DNA from: Ascidiella aspersa
Taxonomy: Eukaryota
Length of the DNA: 64,000 nucleotides
Assembly: GCA_963924565.1 (NCBI GenBank)
Contig: OZ004615.1
Span: 19,840,001 to 19,904,000 of the forward strand
Direction of reading: 5' to 3'
The translations under genes and the position numbers were made by a program. The notes under the pieces were generated by a model. It did no database searches. It had not been told where the DNA came from and was given only the letters and a program-made list of their open reading frames with translations. Positions 12,401-23,000 of the stretch are shown here, one piece after another; position 1 is the stretch's first letter, and each line of letters begins with the position of its first letter.

Positions 12401-12524
12401 GTCGCGAAAGCGAGTATGCAAGGACAGACGGTTAAACAACGCTCTGCGCCATACACGTTGGACTCCAGTATCGGGCCACCCTAACCAGCTTAGGGCTGTT
12501 AAAAGAAAAAGGGGCAATTTCTAA
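9475..12524 (+). CDS. MSMP: Secreted beta-microseminoprotein (PSP94) family protein, MSMP/MSMB-like, 3 exons, 173 aa
   Basis: Exons 9475-9619, 11684-11828 and 12293-12524 have GT-AG junctions and matching phases (522 nt). Signal peptide MTALRASAFALVALCLAAAASTVRA. Ten mature cysteines in the PSP94 pattern, including CRYRGKYHTPGATW...CMQCICLAPNGIQCC, which resembles vertebrate MSMP CHYEGKYFTLGESW...CFHCTCLHPVGVGCC (recalled). AATAAA at 12900. Family call is strong; exact orthology (MSMP vs MSMB) is less certain. Confidence 0.85.
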
Positions 12525-13064
12525 TCCGGATCCGTTTTTTTACCTTCGTGTTCCGCTATTATTTTTTATTTATTGAGACTTCCGCCTGTTCGGCGGAAAA
12601 TAACGCACAAACATAAGAAGCCTATATAGTTAACACCTGACCACGTAACGCACGCTTTGAAATACTCGAGACTTGTTCAGTATTGAAATCAGAACTTTTT
12701 CGTTTGTAGCCTACTCTTGTTTGTTCTTTTGATGCTATGCCTCGCCGTAATGCATAGCCTACATTCCCATTATCGCAACGTTTTACGTGATTTTGTTTTA
12801 TTGATTTTCGCAAAGTTTTACTCTATTGCTTTTATGTCATAATCTTTATGTTAATGTTCCATTGCCTTTTCTATTGTCCCACTGTGAAATATGCTTTTCA
12901 ATAAAAAAATCGTGACAAATTTACTTCGTTTGTTCTTAAAAATGGCTTGGAAGAACATTGCAAAAATTTAATATTTTGTATAAATGCAAAATGAATCGCA
13001 GGTTTGTTATATTTAATTTTTGTACTGCTTTGGATTATTGGGATACATAGGGGAACTCCCAAAA

Positions 13065-13086
13065 GTAAACAGTTGTTAATGGCAAC
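13065..13086 (+). promoter_or_regulatory. Adjacent Forkhead (GTAAACA) and RFX X-box-like (GTTGTTAATGGCAAC) motifs, likely CCDC180 promoter
   Basis: The two motifs abut, ~1 kb upstream of the CCDC180 ATG. FOXJ1 + RFX co-regulation is the established motile-cilia gene signature. Confidence 0.6.
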
Positions 13087-13197
13087 CACAAGTACATTGT
13101 ATTTAAAGAAACCTGGTTTAAAACTTTAAATATATAAATCAAGTATTTTTAACTTATACACTTAGAAGATACTTGCATAAATGTTAAATATTAAAAG

Positions 13198-13419
13198 GGC
13201 GTTGGTCTAGAATCCTAACACAATTATTAAATCAACGCACAATATTTGGGTTAGGGTGCGAGTTAGCGTTTGGGTGTGGGTGGGTCATGTACTATTATTA
13301 AATAATTAAAATAATAATACTTGACCGACCCACAGTAACCCAAAAACACCCTAACCCAAAACGCTAACCGGCACCCTAACACAATCAATGTGCGTTGTGG
13401 TGGGATTCTAGACCAGCAC
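13198..13419. mobile_element. Non-autonomous element with long inverted repeats and GGGTTAG-like motifs
   Basis: GGCGTTGGTCTAGAATCC...AACGCACA...GTTAGGGTGCGAGTTAGCGTTT is mirrored by AAACGCTAACCGGCACCCTAAC...TGTGCGTT...GGATTCTAGACCAGCACC. Confidence 0.7.
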
Positions 13420-14053
13420 CATTTAAAGTGTTAATATTCAGTTTACACTGTAAACTTTACAGTCGACTAGTAAAGAGCCATAAAGATACAAGTAGACTGA
13501 GCCATCAATATCTTGACAGATTCATAAAAAAATATGCGAATACTAAGTTTACTTGAGTTGTTTAAAAATGATTAAATATTTTGAACTATTGCGAAGTAAT
13601 AAATATTAAGCAGGGATATGTTTTTATGTAGTTTTTAATACAATTTATGGTAACATTAAAAAACTACACATCACAAATAAAAAATACATCCCAGTTTTTA
13701 AAAAAATTGTTTTTAAACAGAATTCATAAGTGTACCACATAAATATCTTTACATCGACAAATACAGACAAGTTTAACAAACAAATTAAAATTTCAATTCT
13801 ATCATTTTAGACAAAAATACAAGCGTGTAAGTTTGGAATATTTTCTACCCACAAATGCACCTTCCCTAAAGATTGTGCGTTGTTTACTAATTGTTTGAAT
13901 GCTGTGGTAAAATTTTAGACCAGCGTCTTTCTTTTTGTTTTATTTTGTAGATCAGCCATTTTTAACCATACCATGTAACGGGAATATTAAGAATTTGTTT
14001 CTGTGATGTTAAGATGCTGACTACCTAGTACCTACTGATCAAAAAAAGTCGAC

Positions 14054-17000
14054 ATGGCAGAACTCAAGATGCCAGTCCGTGTCCTGCAAAGCGGCAAGGT
14101 CTATCGGCAGATGTTCGATGCCGAAGTTCAACTCATGAAGTCGATTGAGGCCAGCAAAGTAAAGTCACTGCAAGTTACAGACAGTTTCCGACTGCCACCA
14201 GTCGATGGCGACAAACTGGAACATCAACCATCGGTTAGGGAAGGAACAGAGTCACATCTCACGGCAGCCAACATTCTCACAGAAAGACAGCGTAATTGGA
14301 CCGGTGGCATGCCAAACGACTCTGTCACTGAAAACCCTGTTGTTTATAGGTAAATACTATGAGTTTCTTTATAATATGTTTATATTGTCTAAAGAGAGTT
14401 GGTTTGTCTGAACCTCACAAGTCTAAATCTATGATTTATTTTTCACTAAGAACTTTTTAAACTATTAGGAGGTAATGATAACATTTGTTTCAAAAGGTCA
14501 AGGCAATTTATTCTAGACTAACCTTTAGAGCAGGGGTAACCGAATTACCATTTGCAGGCTCGCTCCGGCCGTAGTATTGTTTCTACCTGCCCACTGCATA
14601 TGTTTTTAACAAAGATAGAGTACAGTTAAAGTGTTATTAAATGCAACTTCAAACTAAATTTTAATGAATTATTAAACTAAACAGCAAGCATTAAAGCTCA
14701 CTACAGTTTTGTTGCATATTTTTTTATCTTTCAATCTTTTAAAGATAATCGAGGTAATGGGGTTTGACACAAAAATCTATATCTTGTTCAAGATTCTACC
14801 CTTTTAGTTATCCAGGCCTTTGTGACAAACAAAAACAAAAATTTTGCTAACCCTTATTATTAAATAAAAAGTAATATAGTATTTTCACAGTTTTGACATT
14901 TTGTATTTAAATTAGGAAAAACATACAATAGTATAGATGTAACAGTTGAAAAAATAAAATAAACTAACACTACTCAGAAAAAATGTTTTGTATGACCACC
15001 AAATTTAGGAAATCCTGATTAATAGCAACATTAAATTTAAATATTCACACAATGTTACTCATTTCCATGTGAGCTATGTTACTTCTTTTTGAGCTTAACA
15101 GTTTAGTTTTTCTTTGGCCCATTATAAAATAATCTTGTTTACTCAAAGGCAACTAACAACAGAAGCTGTGGCAAGGACGCAAGAAAAAGAAACAGACATT
15201 GAGGCGCGTGAAGTCCGAGGCCTGCCCAACGTTATACAAGTTGTCAAAAGAGATTCTGATATTGTGCAGCGGATTGCTGAAAAGAGACGCATCAGGTAAA
15301 AATTGGGTAAAATAATTTATGTAAAAGTAATTGTATTGAAGCAAAACACTAGTTTTATGTTTTACATATTTTTGCTCTTATTATTTTAAGTTAATTTTAG
15401 TACAAGTGTGTTTCTTACAAAAATTACAACATTGGTTAATGTCAACTATTTTATGAATTAAGGGTGAATACTTTTATTCTTAATCTAATTTATACCAAGG
15501 ACATTATTTTTATTTCACAACTTAAAAATTGAGTTTGATAACCAAAAAATGTTTTTGTGGAATTCAATCAATTCACTTTGTTAGGTATATTGAAAAACAA
15601 TCATAATTTTTTTTATACCTCTATTGAACACTAAGCTTTGTATGTGTATTCACAACAGAATCTGGCCCTCCAACAGAACACATAATGCCGACGATAAAAA
15701 ATATTTTTGTTCGGAGCGGTGCGCTTCTCAAGCTTCTATTGAACACTTTGAGTATTTTTCCCAGGCATGAAAACGTAATGGAGGAAATGCATAGAGATTT
15801 GTGTGTAATCAGCAACAGAGTTGAACCAAGACTGACTAGTATTGGGGAAAATATACAAAATCAACTCAAGGAAGACGACAATGAGATTCAATCTCTGTTC
15901 AGGTTTGATGAAATTAATGAGGACCATGAATTATAAAACTATTTGGCCAATAGTTCCATTAAGGTTTTAACTATTACTTTTTGATTTAACACTATTTAAA
16001 CGTGTTTATTGTTTGTTATGTGGAATTAAACAACAAATTGGATATTGTTATTTTTCCTTTTCTCACTCAGAACACAAAAAGATTAAATTCTGAAAGCTAA
16101 ACCGGACCCGAAATTACAATAAAATTATGATTTACATCCAAACTGACACTTGAGTTAGTAAGTAATTTGGCAATTTGTAATGATAAGTAAACTAACATAG
16201 AGAGCTGTTGAAAAAACGTTTGTAATGTTAGCATGTTTTTATTATGTATTTTTTTAATCATAAATGCAACATTTGCAGAAACAGAAAATCTTGTAGAAGC
16301 AAAGTCCTTTTTGATTTGTTACGAACGTTTTCATCCTTAGTTTCTTAATTGACAGTCTAAAAATTACTGCCAAATATAAAATGTCTAAAAACTGTCTTAC
16401 TATTTTGCCCTCTTAAGTCTGAACCAAGGTTGTACTTTTTAGTGAAATTGAATCAGACGACGACTTAGTGAACTTTGCCTACGATCAATTGGAAAACTTT
16501 TGGCTCCGCGTTGAAGCGCATTCCGGTGTGAGGAGGATCTGGATCGGGAATGCGAGCGAGTGGCTCAACCAGGTCGAAGATGAACGACTTGATGCGGTGA
16601 GTGTAGAGTTACATATTGTACGTGCCAGCTACACGTGTTTTCCATCCTTCGTTTTTGTTGTTTTTCGCCAGCTGCGTTTTGACCCCTAACGTGTCGGTTA
16701 AGGTTTATATATCGCACTGTTGCCGGCCCCATCAACACCCACCTTAAGTAGTTTAAGTATTTTTTAAATTTATGGTTTGATTTTATGTGACACCCGAAAT
16801 GTCGTTGTTTTATTTGCATGTTTGTTACACATCAACAGGTTTTTCAAGATAACGCATTAGTGAGCACTAAGCAATTTTAAGGAAACTAGTTTTTCTCAAT
16901 ATGTAAAATAACCGTATAGTGGTGAAACAAATTATAGGTCATAACCGACCAAAAACGGAACAATAAAATTTAATGCTTCGTCATTTTTTCTACCAGCTGC

Positions 17001-20000
17001 TCGATGTGATGTGATTTGGTTACAGTGCCTGTTGAACTATAACTAGTATGTTATCCTTAAAGGGCTTAAACGACCACCTAAAAAGGTATCGTGCATTTGG
17101 AAACCTGATTCAAAATGTAATTCAACCCGCATAACTCTGACGTGTGTTTAAACCTCACGTTTTATGATTAAGCCTTTTTCTTGCGATGGGCATATTATAG
17201 ACGCCTTGTAATCCTACACCGTGAAATATTATTTACTGACGTCATCCCAAGTACATGTTCTTCGTTGAAACACGATATTTGTTAAGGCTAGGCCAACTTA
17301 CGTGACTGCTAAAAATGCCGTGTCTCAGTTTAAAGCCAATATTCTCTGTGCCATAAATGCGCGGCTATGGATGGATAAGCGCACTTAATCATGATGCTTT
17401 TAAAAAGGAAATTTACATCGACCAGAAGCGAAATAGGGAAAAATTGCATTCTGTAAAAAGCCAAGGGAACCTGTCCATTTTAACCGCACAGCTGCACACA
17501 CATTAGGGTGGGACTAACCCCAATAAAAAATCCTAATGGCTCCCATAAGTGAGAAAACGTAGATCACGAAAAAGACGTTTTGGTCGTAATTGGACCAACG
17601 ACAGTGGTTAGAATGGGTGAGGTTGATGCCAAGCGTTCAAGCTTGTAAACGCTAGGTGCGCTTAACTCAGGACGTTAAGTCGTGAAATTTGAAGAACAGT
17701 GTAATGCTCTATAAAGCTGTGCAACCTTTTTTTATGCTAAGCTTTGCGTCTCAACTTACCCAGATTCTGGTCATTTTGTGGCAATATACGTTTGCGTGAG
17801 ATTTGATTACGTCCTTGACTATAGTCTTGATATAGTTAAACATAAAACGATAATTATGAGATGAACGGTGTCATGAGACGTTTCCTTATACACTTGAAAC
17901 CAGCCGAGTAATGCAAAAACGAGAACTGGTGGCTTACTAAACTGCAGTCAATGACTTAATGACAAGTCGATGATGACTTAAGTGCACTTAAGTCACTTGG
18001 AATTGATTTGCTCAAATTATGACTTGACTTGTTATTTATTCGAAAAATACTTAAATTTGACTTAAGTTTTTTTACAAACGATTTGACTTAAACTTATTTT
18101 TTTTAAATAGCTTGGCCTTACAACACTGCTAAATTGTCTACATGCCGAAAAAATACCCAAACAATTACTTTTAGAAGTTAGTTTTCTGCTCTAAATAGGA
18201 CAAATCCATGTTTTGCAGATATCAAGCGTTTTGCGCAAGTACACCTCGGCGCTGGAGAAGGTTGCCAGTCTGCCGAAGTCTGACATCCACCGTCTGATCG
18301 AGAAAGAAGCGATGATGATCAACCAGAGTATTCTGGCAAACAGGTGTGTTTATGTGCGTTTATCAAGGGAGAATTGGCATGACAGCCAGGACACAATACG
18401 TATACCTATGACACGTTTTTGCTCTTAAAATATTTCACCTAGAATGCGTAAAGTGCCCAAACCAAAATCCTCTGAAAACAGAACTTACACAAGCACAAGG
18501 ACTAGCCGAGGTCTATTTTGTAAGAAGGAGTTATGGTTTGCCAATTCGACCGGTAAAGTGGCAAAAATAATTACCCATCTATCTTGAACATGTTCTCCTC
18601 GGGCACAGGTTGCCCAATGCCCATAGTATACCGGGTGCCTTAGAGAAGGGGGTTACATTAAACAGTCGGCCTTATCAGGATTATAGATTGTCATACAAAC
18701 AAGGCTAGAAAAATCTCTCCAGCGGTTAGGTTCAGACTCACAATCTGGGCCATACAGGTTATATGTATTTCGTGGTTCTATAGGTTGCCCATAGGTAATA
18801 AATATATGAAAATGAAAATATCACAATAGAAGCCTAATTAAACTACTTAACTCCTCTTAATTTACTGTTACCGAAAATGGCGTTCAGGCCAGGTGAAGAC
18901 AGGCTTCGAACTAAATTTCGACCTGTTCTATTTAGATATGTTTATATAGCTCGGGGAATACCCGGGGTCGTGTACTCTGCGTCCTGTCTCCATAAGAAAC
19001 CGCCGTGTTTTGTCCGGTTGACATCCAAATATATCGCGAAACAATACACGCGCGAAATAAACGGCTAGAAACGCGAAAAACAAACCGGAAAACAGCGGCG
19101 ACCCCAGCGTTGAACCCTGAGCGGTGGTGTGCCATTTACAGCCTTGAAATACTCGCCTAAGATCTCCTAATCCCGGGAATTGTGCGCCTAAACTCATAAG
19201 CGCCGGCGGATTTGCGTCGCTGACGTTAATCGATGCTCGAACGGCGGCTGCGAACTGTTGCTTACAGGGCGCAAGCGGAACTAATTGACGTGCTAATTGA
19301 CAGAGACGCTTTTTCGAGTTGCGAAGGCCGCCCGAACGCTGCCGGAACTCATCCTGTTTTTGTATGTGCAAAAAATAATTCTTGCGCCCCCGTATACGTA
19401 GAGGTTAAGGCAGAAATGTGCCGTGTCGAGATATATGTCGTACACACGTGCAGTACTGGGCGGCTAAAACGTAACTATTTTTCTGAGTTTAAAATTGCCC
19501 TTATTGTGTGAGCTAGTTTTTACCCACCGTCTTTACTATTTTAATTCCCCTGGAAAAGTAGTTCGATTGCGAATACATATATTAGGTGCCTTTATTACCG
19601 AATTTATTCACACATCAAGGGTAATTTACCGAATTTCTTTCAGCCTATTTTGAACTTATACAAACAATCGCCATGGCTTGACGAAACTTAAGTTCGGTAA
19701 GATTTGAGCTCACGACCTCCAATATACTGGAACGGTCGCACTACAAACTAACATACGCAGGATTAACGTTAAAATCACTAAAAAAACAATCATTTCACCA
19801 GTTGTCTCTTATTTATACATGTTAGTTCGGTGATGGGATCAAATTTTGAACCCATGCCGAAATAAAGAATATTATTTACCCTGGTATGGCAAACGGGTGA
19901 TATTAACTGGTGAAAAAGTGTTTAGATATCACCCACTTTTAATTAATTTAGACTTTCCACAAAACTTTGCGTTTGACGAAGATAAACAGAAAAAAGTACG

Positions 20001-23000
20001 ATTCTGCTTTTCACGCTTTGTTGTTTAAGTGGCGCACAACTTTTTCAGGCCTGAGTTTTGCGAAGATGTTGCTATTTTCTTATCGCCAGTTAGAAAATAC
20101 AATTTACACATTGGAGTATAATGGTTGGAGTTTTTTGTTAGACGTATTAAGAATATCAAAGCCTATATAGAAGTAGGTGATTCAATCAGTGCCTTGTCAC
20201 CATGCTGAAATTGAATCAAGAGATATTCGAAACCTTCAAAATACAACCTACTTCTATATGGTATTTGATATTCTTACTTCAATCTATGCAGATGTACCGC
20301 CTTATTTAAAATATATGTAGACCACTCGCGACCTCCTAAACCAGTGATTCCAAAACTGTGTGCTGCGGCACACTGGTGTGCCTCGAGAGATTGTCAAGTG
20401 TGCCGCGAAACTTTCTGTAATTTCGGAAATGAGAGTATTTGTATTACCAACAGGCATACACCCAAGCATTTTAGACTTTATACGCAATATTCATTTTAAA
20501 TTAATAATATTGAGGCATATACAAATAGTTTGTCGTGTGTTAAGGGCGATTGTAAAATCACTATATTATTGTTCTGTTAAAAGTGTGCTGCGACATATTT
20601 AAGATTTTTATAGTGTGCCGCGGCGTTTGGCAATCACTGTCCTAAACGCTTGCCACACAACCACTGCAGCGACGTGACCTTTAGTTTGGGAGGCTCTGGT
20701 TTAAATATGTTTGTTTTGTAGTCAAAAGAACTGTTGCCGTTGTAACATTTATCATGCAATATTACTCGATATAGCCTATTTTGACGTCATTATACACGTG
20801 ACCGTTGTTCACTGACGCGTGACCAAAACGCCGAACTATGCGCTTTGAGCGTTTCGCATTGGATGATGCATGTTACTGAATACGTCTTACTGATAGCGGT
20901 CTGAATCACCGCTTCGTTATATCGCGTGTTTCTGAGATTTGTGAATATACTCAACGGGCAATTATCTACTGAGTGGATTGACTTTGCCTAGAGTTCAAGA
21001 AGTTAAGGACAGGTTTTTTAGCGGCCTGTTCCTTTGGAGTCAGATTAAAAACTTGTAAGGGACTTAGGCAGCGGTCCGCTCGCGTCTACAGGGCCAGCGC
21101 CCTCTTACCCCTAATTACAGACCTCGATTCGCTATAGTCATTGACTGGTATGTTTCCCTGTCGAGCTCAATTGTATTTTTTGTTGATGTTTGCGATTTCC
21201 AGACGAGCGTACGCCAAGCTGGAAACCAACCTGCTCGAGTGCGACATCGAGCGGGAAATGAGTCAGCATATGACGTGGACCGAACGAGTAAAGGATTGGA
21301 GGAAACTCAACGCCGAAATTGCGGTTCAGCAGTTTACGTAAGACCACTAGTATTTTTAACCGGTTTTAAGGGAAACGCTGAACATCCAGTTGTATTTCAG
21401 ACATGACTTTCGTTATAGTTTCCACCAGGCAATTAGGATAGTAATTAATTGTTATTTGTGATGTACCTTTAACATGTCATATTACTCTACACGTTTCTCC
21501 ATGCTTTTGCTGGCTCCATAAAAATGCTTTTGTACTTTGATCAATGCAGCCCAATTCGTAAATGATAAGGTAATTTAAGTGAAGACAATTTTTTGAGCAA
21601 GTAAATGATTGGCCTGGTAAAGATGCATCAACGCCTTTCGACGCAGCAAGCCGAACCCAAATTAATTTGCCAGTTTTCACGAAACAAGAGCTTTAAACCG
21701 CGACATCTTAAAATGGCAAAAACGTGCCTTGTAATCTAAAAAAAGTAGACCCGGTCACTAGTGTTTCACAGTGTTTTACAAAGGCACTTTCTCAATTCAG
21801 AGTATTTACACACTAAAGTCGGGCATTTCCCGTTGTTCTGTTTACATTATTGTCATGTACGAATGTGTACAAGCGTATTTTCTTGCCAAGTTGGGTACAA
21901 CTGTGTTTCATGGTCCTAGTTACCGTACTAGTTTCTATCAGTTTATCGCGAATGCGACAAAATACGCACTAGATTGGGTGTGGTTTATGTTTAACAAAAT
22001 AAAATGTTATTTAGAATGAACAGTAGCCCTATGGACATTATTGTATTTGGAGTCCTAAACTCATAAGACCCTTTTTCCCTTTTAATTAACTGAAAAATAA
22101 ACAAAAAAATAGCTCAGTTTGTGGCTACCCTATAGCTTATGTTTTTGGAAAAATACCGTCGCAAAGGTGCTCTCTAAAATCATATAAAAAAGCACAAGTT
22201 TAAGCTTATTCAATGAAACATTCACACATATGTGTGTTAATAGCTAAGATCTGGCCCTTCGAAGCTCCTTTTTGACCAACGACTACGGCTTACGTATAAT
22301 TAGTACACCGAAAGCCATCGCAGATTCACCGAATCTGTTGATCTATGATGCAAGCAGAGCAGACTAGAAAAACAACTAGCCTGCAGTGAGGTTCGAACTC
22401 ACGACCTCCGGTCAAGCCGGGACCGTCGCTCTACCAACTAAGCTATGCAGGCTCAGAAGGGAACGAGTCGAGAAACAACAAATACTCCAATGCTTGCTCA
22501 ATCTGTTAGTACAAGCAACTTCATATTGAAGGGGATTCACAGTACCATATCAACTTTAAGCTTAAGTGGATTATAATTGAAATAACATATGCCCGTGGCC
22601 CACGAAAGAATGCTCTGTGACCCTCCATGGGGTGCCACCGTTAGGAAAACCTGGTGTACACCATTTAATCTGTTATGATTTAGTGGCCCCGCGCCTAATT
22701 TGTTGCCGGTTTTGCAGTGACTTTATGTCATCTGAGGAGATCCTTGAGCCTCCCGACGTGAAAGAAGTCACCGATGCTTTAATCAACGAACAGAAAAATC
22801 TCGCCGAACAACGCAGAGAGATACTGGAGCAACTCATGGAACTAAAGGTAAACGCTTGATGATCGGAAGTTGCTCTAACCGCTACTGGGTTGTGATAAAA
22901 AGTTGAACAAACAGCAAATTAAAATTCAGGATATTGCGTGAGCTTTTTCTAAACAGGTAAACAATAAACCTAAAACTAGGATCAGACATTTTTTAAAGGA

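Noticed and set aside
12524-14054. MSMP-CCDC180 operon
   Set aside because: There is a ~1 kb gap after the polyA signal, and CCDC180 has its own Fox/X-box promoter candidate.
22379-22452. Functional tRNA gene call
   Set aside because: Lacks U33 and purine 37, has extra nucleotides, and lies within a multi-copy repeat with variable anticodon loops.
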